Positions 21,592-30,976 of a stretch of 64,000 nt of DNA are shown in pieces (the stretch's first letter is position 1; each line of letters opens with the position of its first letter). Source of the stretch: Holophagaceae bacterium (GTDB taxonomy: Bacteria > Acidobacteriota > Holophagae > Holophagales > Holophagaceae); NCBI GenBank assembly GCA_046331545.1, contig JAXLQR010000002.1, forward strand, positions 3,247,080 through 3,311,079. The letters are read 5' to 3'. The notes under the pieces are model-generated. The model was given only the letters and a program-made list of their open reading frames with translations, searched no databases and was not told the origin of the DNA. The position numbers and the translations under genes are program-made.

Positions 21592-22514
21592 GCGGCCGCC
21601 TCCGGCTCGGCGTGGACCTGGGCGGCACGAAGATCGAGGGCCTGGCGCTCTCGGCCGCCGGCACGGAAGTGGCGCGCCGTCGCGTCCCCACGCCCCCGGG
21701 TGACTACGCCGCCACGGTGGAGGCCGTGGCCGTCCTGGTGGAATCCCTCGAAGCCGAGGCCGGCGTGCGCGGCACCGTCGGCGTCGGCACGCCGGGGGCG
21801 GCGTCGCGGGCCACGGGGCTGATGAAGAACGCGAACTCCACCTGCCTGATCGGAAAGCCCCTCCAGGCGGACCTGGAGGCCCGGCTGGGGAGACCCGTCC
21901 GCCTCGCCAACGACGCCGACTGCTTCGCCCTCTCCGAGGCCGTGGACGGCGCGGGGCAGGGGGCGGAGACGGTCTTCGGCGTGATCCTCGGCACCGGCGT
22001 CGGCGGCGGCGTCGTGGTGCGCGGGCAGCTGCTCACGGGGCCGAACGCCATCGCCGGGGAGTGGGGCCACAACCCGCTGCCCCTGCCCGAAGGGCCCGAC
22101 CTGCCGTTGCCGAACTGCTACTGCGGGCGCCGGGGCTGCGTGGAGGCCTACCTCTCGGGGCCGGCCTTCGCCGCCGACCACGCCCGGCGCACCGGCCAGG
22201 ACCTGGAGGCGCCGGAGATCGCCGCCCGGGCCCAGGCCGGGGACGACGCCTGCGACGTGAGCCTCGGGCTCTACGAGCAGCGCCTCGCCCGCGGCCTCGC
22301 CGGCGTGATCAACCTCCTCGACCCCGACGTCATCGTCCTGGGCGGAGGCCTCTCGAGGATCCCGCGGCTCTACCGCACCGTGCCGCGGCTCTGGCTCCCC
22401 CACATCTTCTCGGACGCGGTGGCGACGCGGCTCCTGCCCGCCGCCCACGGGGACGCCAGCGGCGTGCGGGGCGCGGCCTGGCTCTGGAGCCCGGCGGAAG
22501 CCGCGAGGGCCTAG
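21588..22514 (+). CDS. ROK family sugar kinase (N-acetylglucosamine kinase / fructokinase-like)
   Basis: LGVDLGGTKIE and the CxCGxxGCxE zinc motif (CYCGRRGCVE). GTG start overlapping the upstream stop. Confidence 0.8.
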   Translation: MSGRLRLGVDLGGTKIEGLALSAAGTEVARRRVPTPPGDYAATVEAVAVLVESLEAEAGVRGTVGVGTPGAASRATGLMKNANSTCLIGKPLQADLEARLGRPVRLANDADCFALSEAVDGAGQGAETVFGVILGTGVGGGVVVRGQLLTGPNAIAGEWGHNPLPLPEGPDLPLPNCYCGRRGCVEAYLSGPAFAADHARRTGQDLEAPEIAARAQAGDDACDVSLGLYEQRLARGLAGVINLLDPDVIVLGGGLSRIPRLYRTVPRLWLPHIFSDAVATRLLPAAHGDASGVRGAAWLWSPAEAARA

Positions 22515-23782
22515 GGCTTCGGCGCGCGGTCGAGGCGCTCGAGCGTGGCCGTGCTCGCGGGGCGCTCCTTTCGCAGGCGGCCGGAGACGGCCTCGGCCCG
22601 GGCGAAGGCGCGCATCAGGTTGCCGCCGGCGAGCTTCCGGAGATCGTCGTCCTGCCACCCGCGGCGGACCAGCTCCGCGAGGAGGTCCGGGTACTTCGAC
22701 ACGTCCTCGAGCCCCACGGGCATGTCGCCGCCCCAGAAGTCGCTGGAGATGCCCACGTGGTCGTGGCCGGCCACCTTCGCCACGTGGTCGATGTGGTTGG
22801 CCACGTCCTTGAGCGCGGCCTTCGGGCTCGGCCCGTGGGCCTTCGCGTACGCGGCCTCCAGCGTCTTGTAGTCTGCGTCGAAGGCGATGCCCTTCGCCTT
22901 GGCCTCCTGTTCCAGGCCCTCGCTCCAGGCCTTCACGTCCTTGTTCACGAAGGACGGGATGAAGGTCACCATCACGACGCCGCCGTTGGCTGCCATGCGC
23001 GCCAGGATCGCGTCAGGCACGTTGCGGGGATGGTCCACCAGGGCCCTCGCGCTGCTGTGGGAGAAGATCACCGGCGCCGCGCTGGTGTCCAGCACGTCGC
23101 GCATGACGTCGGGGCTCACGTGGCTGAGGTCCACCAGCATCCCCAGGCGGTTCATCTCGCGCACGACCTCCTTCCCGAAGGGCGTCAGGCCGTGGTGCTT
23201 CGGCGCGTCGAGGGCCGCGTCGGCCCAGTCCAGGGTCACGTTGTGGGTGAGGGTCAGGTAGCGCGCGCCGAGGTCGTAGTAGGCCCGCAGGGCGCCCAGG
23301 CTGTTCTCCAGCACGTGGCCGCCCTCCATGCCCAGCAGCGAGGCCACCTTGCCCTTGGCGCGGATGCGGCGGATGTCGGCGGTGCCCAGGGCCAGTTCCA
23401 GGGCCTCCGGGTACCGCGCGATCATGCGCCGGGCGAGGTCCAGCTGCTCGAGCTGCACCTTCGCGAAGCCCTCCTTCGTCTCGCCCGGCACGTAGACGGA
23501 CCAGAACTGGGCGCCCACCATGCCCTGCTTCAAGCGGGCCAGGTCCGTGGGACCGGAGGTGGGCCTGCGGAGGTCGTAGGCCTCCACGTCCCGGGGGGCC
23601 TTCGGATCCTCGCGGATGGTCCAGGGCAGGTCGTTGTGGCCGTCCACGAGGAGGGTGGAGGCCAGCAGCCTCCGGGCGTGGGCGAGGGCGGGGTCCGGCT
23701 TGGGGACCGGCGCGGTCTGGGCCTGCGGCGCCTGGGCGGCGAGCAGGCAGGGAAGGGACAGGACGGGCAGGGCGCGGCGCAT
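22511..23782 (-). CDS. Membrane dipeptidase, peptidase family M19
   Basis: Signal peptide, then the VDGHNDLPW signature and the conserved M19 body. 423 aa. Confidence 0.85.
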   Translation of the reverse strand: MRRALPVLSLPCLLAAQAPQAQTAPVPKPDPALAHARRLLASTLLVDGHNDLPWTIREDPKAPRDVEAYDLRRPTSGPTDLARLKQGMVGAQFWSVYVPGETKEGFAKVQLEQLDLARRMIARYPEALELALGTADIRRIRAKGKVASLLGMEGGHVLENSLGALRAYYDLGARYLTLTHNVTLDWADAALDAPKHHGLTPFGKEVVREMNRLGMLVDLSHVSPDVMRDVLDTSAAPVIFSHSSARALVDHPRNVPDAILARMAANGGVVMVTFIPSFVNKDVKAWSEGLEQEAKAKGIAFDADYKTLEAAYAKAHGPSPKAALKDVANHIDHVAKVAGHDHVGISSDFWGGDMPVGLEDVSKYPDLLAELVRRGWQDDDLRKLAGGNLMRAFARAEAVSGRLRKERPASTATLERLDRAPKP

Positions 23783-23798
23783 GGTGACTCCAGGCGGA

Positions 23799-24068
23799 TC
23801 AGTGCTTCGTGAAGGCGTCCTTGACGCCGTGGCCCAGTTCCTTCGCGCCTTCGGCGATGCCCTTGCCCGCGGTCTTCGCCCCTCGGCCGACGGCCTTCCC
23901 GCTGTCCTTGGCCACCTGGCCCACCTTCTTCCCGCCCTTCCTGGCGGCCTGGCCCACCTTCTTCCCGGCCTCTCCCACCTTGTGGCCGGCGTCCTTCAGG
24001 TCCTTCTTCACGGTCCCTTCCTGGCCCGGGGCGGCGGCCAGGAGCGCGGCGAGCAGGGCGGGGAGCAT
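23799..24068 (-). CDS. Small Lys/Gly/Ala-rich secreted protein with KKVGQ-type repeats
   Basis: 89 aa with an N-terminal hydrophobic leader and degenerate repeats (GHKVGEAGKKVGQAARKGGKKVGQVAKDSGKAVGRGAKTAGKG). Confidence 0.4.
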   Translation of the reverse strand: MLPALLAALLAAAPGQEGTVKKDLKDAGHKVGEAGKKVGQAARKGGKKVGQVAKDSGKAVGRGAKTAGKGIAEGAKELGHGVKDAFTKH

Positions 24069-24138
24069 GGGGCCTCCGGGAATCCGCCAGTGTAGCTCCG
24101 GCCTTGGAGGATGGCGTGGCCTCGCGGAAACTGGAGGG

Positions 24139-25860
24139 ATGGACGAAGACCAGCTCCAGGGCCCGGGCGGGAAGGGCGGATTCGCCGCGTGGATCCGGGC
24201 GAACCGCTGGCCCCTCCTCTTCGCGCTGCTGATGCTCCTCGTGCTGCCCATGCGGGACCTCTGGGCCCCGGATGAGCCCGACTTCGCCCAGTGCGTGCGG
24301 GAGATGCGCGAGCGCAGCACGTGGCTGATGCCCTGGCTCAATGGCGTCCCCTACGACGAGAAACCCATCCTCTTCTACTGGGCCATGAAGGCCTGCGCGG
24401 TGGCGGGGGACGCGATCACCGGCGGCGCGGGCTTCCGCCACGGCATCGCCGCCTGGGCCCTGCGCCTGCCTTCGGTCCTGACCTCCATCGCCTTCGTCTT
24501 CGCCCTGCGGCGGTGGACCGCGCGGTTCCTGGACCTGAAATGGGCCGACCTCGCCGTGCTGGTGCTGGCCTCCACCCCCCTCTGGTTCTGGCAGTCCCAT
24601 TTCATCCAGATCGACCTGATGTTCGCGGCCCTGCTGGCCTGGAGCTGGCTCGCGTGGCTGGGGGGCTACCTGCTGCTCCGGGGCCACGTGTCCGTACGTC
24701 GCCCCCGCGAAGCCCGGCGCTGGTTCCTGCAGGCCTACCTCTGCCTGGGCCTCGCCTTCCTGGCCAAGGGGCCCCTGGCGGTCGTCCTGTCGCTGATGAT
24801 CCTGTTCTTCTTCCTGCTCTGGCAGGGGGACTGGAAGGCCGCGTGGCAGGCCCACACGCCCCTGGGCGTGCTGGTGGTGGCCGCGGTGGTGCTGCCCTGG
24901 TACGTGGCGGCGGGGCTGCAGGGGGGCGCCGTCTACGCCTACGCGCTGATCATCCACCAGAATTTCGAGCGCGCCACCAAAGCCTGGGACCACGTGCAGC
25001 CCTTCTGGGCCTACGGGAAGTACCTCGGCGCCGACTTCTTCCCCTGGGTGCTGCTGCTGCCGGCCCTGGCCTTCCACCTCGCGGGCGGCGAGGCGCGCAA
25101 GGACCCGCGCCAGCGCTTCCTCCTGCTCTGCTTCGCGCTGCCCTTCCTCTTCCTCTCCACGGTGCAGAGCAAGCAGGGCAAGTACCTGCTGCCCAGCTAT
25201 CCCGCCCTGGCCCTGCTGGTGGCGGGGCTGCTGCGGCCGCTGGTGGACGCGGGGGCGGACGCGGTCCGGACCCGGAGGCTCGGCGGCGTGCTGGCGGCGG
25301 CCCTCAGCCTCCTCGCCCTCATCGCCTGCCTCGTGGCCTTCCTGCCCCTCGGCGACGCGGCCCTGCGGGCCCAGGGGGCGCCCCTGCTTCCGGTGGTGCG
25401 CGCGCTCGGGCTGCTCCTGGTGGCCGGTTCGATCCTGGCCGCGGCGGCCGCGCTCAAGGCCGACGGCCGCCGCGCGGTGCAGGTCACGGCCCTCACCCTG
25501 GGCGCGGTCTACCTCGTGGGCGGCACCTGGGGCTTCCGCCGGCTGGACCCCCAGAAGAACTTCTTCGCCTGGACCGAGGCCGTTCAGCCCCTGATCGCGG
25601 GCCGCAAGGTGCGCTTCTGGCAGACCATCCGCAGCGGCGCCATGGTCTACACCGAGCACCGCATGCCCGAGGTCCGCGACTTCGAAACCCTCGAGAGGGA
25701 ACTCGGCCCCGAGGACCGCCTGGTGTCCATGGCCCGGGAGTGGAACGAGGACGCCCGGGGTCTCACCCCCGAGCGACGCGCCCGCTTCGAGGTGCTGCTG
25801 CGCATGCCCAGCGGCGGGGGCGAACTGCTACTGCTGAAGTGGAAGGACCCGAAACCCTGA
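24139..25860 (+). CDS. Second GT39 family glycosyltransferase (ArnT-like)
   Basis: WAPDEPDFAQCVREM and EKPILFYW are equivalent to the GT39 motifs of the 19118 gene. Multi-TM. About 573 aa from the internal ATG. Confidence 0.7.
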   Translation: MDEDQLQGPGGKGGFAAWIRANRWPLLFALLMLLVLPMRDLWAPDEPDFAQCVREMRERSTWLMPWLNGVPYDEKPILFYWAMKACAVAGDAITGGAGFRHGIAAWALRLPSVLTSIAFVFALRRWTARFLDLKWADLAVLVLASTPLWFWQSHFIQIDLMFAALLAWSWLAWLGGYLLLRGHVSVRRPREARRWFLQAYLCLGLAFLAKGPLAVVLSLMILFFFLLWQGDWKAAWQAHTPLGVLVVAAVVLPWYVAAGLQGGAVYAYALIIHQNFERATKAWDHVQPFWAYGKYLGADFFPWVLLLPALAFHLAGGEARKDPRQRFLLLCFALPFLFLSTVQSKQGKYLLPSYPALALLVAGLLRPLVDAGADAVRTRRLGGVLAAALSLLALIACLVAFLPLGDAALRAQGAPLLPVVRALGLLLVAGSILAAAAALKADGRRAVQVTALTLGAVYLVGGTWGFRRLDPQKNFFAWTEAVQPLIAGRKVRFWQTIRSGAMVYTEHRMPEVRDFETLERELGPEDRLVSMAREWNEDARGLTPERRARFEVLLRMPSGGGELLLLKWKDPKP

Positions 25861-25872
25861 GCCGAGGCCCCC

Positions 25873-26250
25873 ATGCCCCCCACCATCAAAGCCATCCCCC
25901 TCATCGTCGTCGGCGTGCTGCTCAACGCCGGGGCCCAGATCGCGCTGAAGAAGGGCCTCCAGGCCGCCGGCGGCCTGGACCTCCACCTGGGCGCGCTGGT
26001 GAAGGTGCTGCTCCAGCCCTGGGTGCTGGCGGGCCTGGCCTGCTACGCCGTGAGCGTGGTGGTGTGGCTGGGCGCGCTGTCCATGGTCGACGTGAACTAC
26101 GCCTACCCCTTCCTCGCCCTGGGCTTCCTCGCCAACGCCCTCATGGCCCGGGCCTTCCTCGGCGAGGCCATTCCGCCCATGCGCTGGGTGGCCCTGGCGG
26201 TCATCGTGGCGGGGGTCGGGCTGCAGGCATGGACGGGGAAGGGGCACTGA
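25873..26250 (+). CDS. SMR/EamA-like 4-TM protein, ArnE/ArnF-like undecaprenyl-phosphate-sugar flippase subunit
   Basis: 125 aa, four TM helices. Similar to ArnE/ArnF small multidrug resistance-type proteins. Immediately downstream of a GT39 gene. Confidence 0.6.
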   Translation: MPPTIKAIPLIVVGVLLNAGAQIALKKGLQAAGGLDLHLGALVKVLLQPWVLAGLACYAVSVVVWLGALSMVDVNYAYPFLALGFLANALMARAFLGEAIPPMRWVALAVIVAGVGLQAWTGKGH

Positions 26251-26306
26251 GGGCTTCGCTCCACCCTCGGGGTCCCGCTAGGCTGTCTCACCCATCCCGG
26301 TGAGCC

Positions 26307-27899
26307 ATGCATCTCCGCAGCCCCCTGCCCGCGCCCGAAGTCCCGCAGGCGCCCCTCCAGCACCTGGTCCTGCGCCGCGCGAAGGACCTGCCCGACAAGA
26401 CGGCCCTCATCGACCTGGGCACGGGCCGGCACCTCACCTTCCATGCCCTGGAGGCGGCGGTGCGGCGGGTGGCGGGAAACCTGGCGGCGCGGGGGTTCAG
26501 AAAAGGGGATGTGCTCGCCCTCGCGACGCCCAACTGCGCCGAGTTCGTGCTCGCCTTCCATGGCGCGGGGCTCCTGGGCGGCGTCGTCACGACCCTGAAC
26601 CCCGCGTACACCGCCGAGGAGATGGCCGCCCAGCTCAAGGATGCCGGCGCCACGCGCCTCCTCGCCCATCCCGTCATCGCCGAGAAGGCCCGGGAGGCGG
26701 CCCGCCTCGCCAACCTCGCCGAGCTCTATGCGACCCACCCGGAGCCCGGCTTCATCCCCTTCGCCGAACTGGAGGCCGAGGGGCCGCCGCCGCCGGAGGT
26801 GGCGATCGACCCCCACGCGGACCTCATGGCGCTGCCCTACAGCAGCGGCACCACGGGGCTTCCGAAGGGCGTGATGCTCACCCACGCCAACCTCGCCTCC
26901 AACGTCCTGCAGAACGTCGCCTGCGGCCTCACGGAGCGGGACGTGCTCCTGGGCGTGCTGCCCCTCTTCCACATCTTCGGGCTGAACGTGCTCATGAACA
27001 CGGGGCTGAGCATCGGGGCCACCCTCGTGCTCATGCCCCGCTTCGACCTGGAGGACTTCCTCGGCGCCATCCAGATGCACCGCGCCACCTATGCCTTCGT
27101 GGTGCCGCCCATCCTGCTGGCCCTGGCCAAGCACCCGCTGGTGGCCAAGTACGACCTCAGCTCCCTCGACCGCCTCCTCAGCGGCGCCGCGCCCCTCGGC
27201 GACGGGCTCGCCCGGGAGGTGGAGGCCCGCCTGGGCTGCGCCGTGATGCAGGGCTACGGCCTCACGGAGACCAGCCCCGTGGCCCTGGTCTCGGCCCTCG
27301 ACGGCAGCATGCCCAAGGACGCCGCCGGCATGCCCGTGGCCGGCACCGAGGCGCGGATCGTGGACCTGGAGACCGGCGCCGAGGCCGCCCCGGGGGCCCG
27401 GGGCGAGCTGTGGATCCGCGGACCGCAGGTGATGAAGGGCTACCTGAACCGTCCGGAGGACACGGCCCACGTCCTGGACGCCGAGGGCTGGTTCCACACC
27501 GGAGACATCGCCCGGGCCGACGAGGCGGGCCGCGTCTTCGTGGTGGACCGGCTCAAGGAGCTCATCAAGGTCAAGGGCATGCAGGTGGCGCCCGCGGAGC
27601 TGGAGGCCATCCTGCTCACCCACCCCGCCGTCGCGGACGCCGCCGTGATCCCCATCCCCGACGAGAAGGCCGGCGAGCGGCCCAAGGCCTACGTGGTCCT
27701 CAAGCCCGGCCAGCAGGCCGGGGCCGAAGCCCTCATCGCCTACGCCGCCGAGCGCACCGCCCCCCACAAGCGCATCGCCGAGGTGGCCTTCGCGGCCACC
27801 ATCCCGAAGTCGCCCTCGGGCAAGATCCTCCGCCGGCTCCTCGTGGAGGAGGAGCGGGCCCAGCGCACCTGGGAGCCGGAGCGGGGAGGCGGGCTCTAG
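26307..27899 (+). CDS. AMP-dependent acyl-CoA synthetase / 4-coumarate--CoA ligase family
   Basis: AMP-binding signature LPYSSGTTGLPKGV plus GYGLTE and GWFHTGD motifs. 530 aa. Confidence 0.88.
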   Translation: MHLRSPLPAPEVPQAPLQHLVLRRAKDLPDKTALIDLGTGRHLTFHALEAAVRRVAGNLAARGFRKGDVLALATPNCAEFVLAFHGAGLLGGVVTTLNPAYTAEEMAAQLKDAGATRLLAHPVIAEKAREAARLANLAELYATHPEPGFIPFAELEAEGPPPPEVAIDPHADLMALPYSSGTTGLPKGVMLTHANLASNVLQNVACGLTERDVLLGVLPLFHIFGLNVLMNTGLSIGATLVLMPRFDLEDFLGAIQMHRATYAFVVPPILLALAKHPLVAKYDLSSLDRLLSGAAPLGDGLAREVEARLGCAVMQGYGLTETSPVALVSALDGSMPKDAAGMPVAGTEARIVDLETGAEAAPGARGELWIRGPQVMKGYLNRPEDTAHVLDAEGWFHTGDIARADEAGRVFVVDRLKELIKVKGMQVAPAELEAILLTHPAVADAAVIPIPDEKAGERPKAYVVLKPGQQAGAEALIAYAAERTAPHKRIAEVAFAATIPKSPSGKILRRLLVEEERAQRTWEPERGGGL

Positions 27900-27919
27900 G
27901 CGGGGGCGTCCGCCGGAGC

Positions 27920-29188
27920 CTACTTCGTCAGCGCGCGCCAGGCCCGGGCCAGGTCCTCCCGGTCGTCGGGGTGGGCGAGGTTGATGAGGGCCTTGGCCCG
28001 CTCGTGGAGGGTCTTGCCGGCCAGGTCGGCGGCGCCGTACTCGGTGATCACGTAGTGCACGTGGGCCCGGGTGGTGACCACGCCCGCGCCGGCCTTGAGC
28101 TGGGGCACCAGGCGGGACTTGCCGTCCCGGGTCCGGCTGGGCAGGGCGATGATGGGCTTGCCGCGCTCGGAGATGGAGGCGCCGCGGATGAAGTCCATCT
28201 GGCCGCCCACGCCGCTGATGATGCGGCTGCCGATGGAGTCGGCGCACACCTGGCCCGTGAGGTCCACCTCGACCGCCGAGTTGATGGCGGTGACCCGCGG
28301 GTTCCGCGCGATGATGCCCGGGTTGTTGACGTAGGCGATGTCGAGCAGGATGCAGGCCGGGTTGTCGTGGATGTAGTCGTAGAGCGGGCGGGAGCCCACC
28401 ACGAAGCCCGCGATGGTCTTGCCGGGGTGCACCTTCTTCTGGCTGTTGTCCACGGCTCCGGACTTGAGGAGCTCCAGGCAGCCGTCGCTCCACATCTCGG
28501 TGTGGAGGCCCAGGTGGCGGTGGCTGTGCAGCGCCGCCAGCACCGCGTCGGGGATGGCGCCGATGCCCATCTGGAGGGTGGCGCCGTCCTCGATCAGCGC
28601 CGCGGCGTGGCGGCCGATGGCCTCCTCCACCGGACCGCGGGGCGCCGCCGGGGACTCGGGGATCTCCACCTCCGTCTCGATCCAGTGGTGGATCTGGCTC
28701 ATGTGGATGAAGCCGTCCCCGTGGACGCGCGGCATGCGCGGATTCACCTGGGCGATGACCACCGCCGCGGTCTCCACCGCGGCCCGGGCCACGTCCACCG
28801 AGGTGCCGAGGGTGCAGTAGCCGTGCTGGTCCGGCGGGCTGACGTGGATCAGCGCCACGTCCGGCGCGCGCCGCCCGGAGCGGAAGAGGTTGGGGATCTC
28901 CGAGAGGAAGCAGGGCAGGTAGTCCACCTGCTCGCTGCCCACGCGGTCCCGCAGGTTGTGGCCGACGAAGAGGTTGGTGGTGCGGAAGGAGTCGGCGTAC
29001 ACCGGATCGGCGTAGGCCCCGCGGCCCGAGGTGTGGAGGTGCATGATCTCCACGTTCCGCAGCTCGGGGGCGCGCTCCAGCAGCGCGTCCACCAGGGCCA
29101 GGGGCGTGGCGCTGCCCCCGTGGAGGAAGACCCGCTGGCCGGAGCGGATGCGGGCGATGGCGTCGCGGGGATCGGTGTGGCGGGGCAT
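27920..29188 (-). CDS. Acetyl-CoA hydrolase/transferase family protein (4-hydroxybutyrate / succinyl-CoA:acetate CoA-transferase-like)
   Basis: N- and C-terminal AcetylCoA_hydro domains (GGSATP...SGRG; EVDLTGQV). 422 aa. Confidence 0.8.
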   Translation of the reverse strand: MPRHTDPRDAIARIRSGQRVFLHGGSATPLALVDALLERAPELRNVEIMHLHTSGRGAYADPVYADSFRTTNLFVGHNLRDRVGSEQVDYLPCFLSEIPNLFRSGRRAPDVALIHVSPPDQHGYCTLGTSVDVARAAVETAAVVIAQVNPRMPRVHGDGFIHMSQIHHWIETEVEIPESPAAPRGPVEEAIGRHAAALIEDGATLQMGIGAIPDAVLAALHSHRHLGLHTEMWSDGCLELLKSGAVDNSQKKVHPGKTIAGFVVGSRPLYDYIHDNPACILLDIAYVNNPGIIARNPRVTAINSAVEVDLTGQVCADSIGSRIISGVGGQMDFIRGASISERGKPIIALPSRTRDGKSRLVPQLKAGAGVVTTRAHVHYVITEYGAADLAGKTLHERAKALINLAHPDDREDLARAWRALTK

Positions 29189-29337
29189 GGGGCGATCCTT
29201 TCGGGCAGGGTGCGGCTCACCGGTCCGGAGGGCGGGAACCAGGGCGGCGGCGCAGCGGCCGGGCGGTCCCCTCGCGGCTGGCGGTCCCAGCCTAGGCCGC
29301 GCCGGTTGAGACGGGGCTCACATCCCGTCTCGGGAAA

Positions 29338-30867
29338 TCACAACCCCAGCGCATGCCGGTGGGCCCGGGTGGAGCCCGGGACGTGGAGTTCGGCCGTGTC
29401 GAGGAGCTGCCGGGCCTCCTGGCGCCGGCCCAGGAGGACGAGGGCCTGGGCCCCCTGGATGCACTGCATCTGCAGCTTGGCGAGGTTGCCCGTGGCGAGG
29501 TGGGTGGAGACGAGCCCCAGGATCGCGCTCATGCGCCCGGGCTCCTGGCCGAGGATCTGCTGGAAGAGGGCGCCGGCGCCGAGGTGGTTGCCCAGCTTGG
29601 CCTGGGCGAAGGCGTCCTTCTCCATCTGCTCGATCTGGATCTTCTGGGGGGCCTCGATGCGGATGCTGAGGGAGGGCACGGTCATGGTGGCGCCGCCGGC
29701 CTGCTCCCGGGTGATCTGCTGCGCGCTCTTCTTCACGCCCTCCAGGGCCTCGAGGCGGCCGTGGACGATGCGGAGCAGGTGGGGGCTGCGGCGGCCCTGC
29801 AGGAGGGTGTGGGCCTGGCGGAGGGCGAAGAGGGCTTCGTCCTTCATGTCCCCCTCCTGGGCCACCTCCGCCTCGAGGATCCAGCGCACCGGGTGGGGCC
29901 GGCCCTTGAAGGCGGCCTTGAGGGCGGCCATCACCGCGGTGGCGCTGCCCTTGCGCGCCAGGGCCAGGGCCAGGGGGCGGAAGAGGCGCAGGGCCAGCCG
30001 CGCCTGGCCCTTCTGGGCCAGGTCCGCCATCGCCTGCTCGCTGCTCGCCAGGCAGCGCGCGGTGGGCTGGCGCACCGCGCGGAGGGCCTCCAGGCAGCCT
30101 TCGGGAGAGCCGGCCTGCAGCCGGGCGTCCGCGAGGGCCTCCAGCAGCACCGGGTTCCCGGGGTAGTGGCCCAGGGACTCCTCGAGGATTCCCGCGGCCT
30201 TCGCCAGGTTGCCGTTGAGCACCGCGACCCGGGCCCGGGAGAGGGAGAGGCGCGGCCCCTCGGCGAGGTGGGCCGCGCGGTCGAGGAGGGCCTCGGCCTC
30301 GGGGTAGCGCCCGGCCAGGGCCATGGCCTCGGCGGCCTCGAGGAACTGGCCCGCGGCCCGGTCCTTCTGCCCGGCCTCGGCGTAGCGCTGGGCGAGCTGG
30401 GACCTCAGGTCCACGTTGCCGGGATCGGCCCCCACGCCGGCGGCGAACTGCTCCAGGGCCCGGGCCGGGTCCCCGTACTGCTCGAGGTGGCGCGAAAGCT
30501 GGAAGTGGACCTGGGCGGCCTCCCGGGGCTGCCCGCCGGCGTGGAGGAGCTCCACGAGCTGCTGGGCGGCCTCCTCGTCCCCGGGGGCGAAGCGCAGGAC
30601 CTTCCTCAGGAGCGCGATGGCCTTCTTGTCCTCGCGGTCCTTCTGGAGGTTCAGGGCCAGGACCTTGAAGGTGGCCGCGGCCTCGTCCAGGCGGTGGGCC
30701 TGGACGCAGAGGTCGCCGAGGCGGTTCATCAGGGCCATGTCCCCGGGGAACTCCCGGAGCAGCAGCCGGTACTCCTGGAGGGCCTTGAGGAGCTGGCCCT
30801 CGGCGACCAGCCGGTCCGCGGTCTCCATCATTCTCTGGCGGTCGGGCTTGGCGCGGTCGAAGGCCAT
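29338..30867 (-). CDS. TPR repeat protein
   Basis: Repeated 34-residue Ala/Leu-rich helical repeats across 509 aa. No catalytic motif. Confidence 0.65.
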   Translation of the reverse strand: MAFDRAKPDRQRMMETADRLVAEGQLLKALQEYRLLLREFPGDMALMNRLGDLCVQAHRLDEAAATFKVLALNLQKDREDKKAIALLRKVLRFAPGDEEAAQQLVELLHAGGQPREAAQVHFQLSRHLEQYGDPARALEQFAAGVGADPGNVDLRSQLAQRYAEAGQKDRAAGQFLEAAEAMALAGRYPEAEALLDRAAHLAEGPRLSLSRARVAVLNGNLAKAAGILEESLGHYPGNPVLLEALADARLQAGSPEGCLEALRAVRQPTARCLASSEQAMADLAQKGQARLALRLFRPLALALARKGSATAVMAALKAAFKGRPHPVRWILEAEVAQEGDMKDEALFALRQAHTLLQGRRSPHLLRIVHGRLEALEGVKKSAQQITREQAGGATMTVPSLSIRIEAPQKIQIEQMEKDAFAQAKLGNHLGAGALFQQILGQEPGRMSAILGLVSTHLATGNLAKLQMQCIQGAQALVLLGRRQEARQLLDTAELHVPGSTRAHRHALGL

Positions 30868-30976
30868 GGGAGAAGGATCCTGGATGGGCGAAGGGCCAGG
30901 ATAGCGGGAACCGGGAGGGGCGGCACGGGGAATGGGGGCGGGCCCGGCCCGCCCCCGTCCACCGTGCCCGGGGCGC

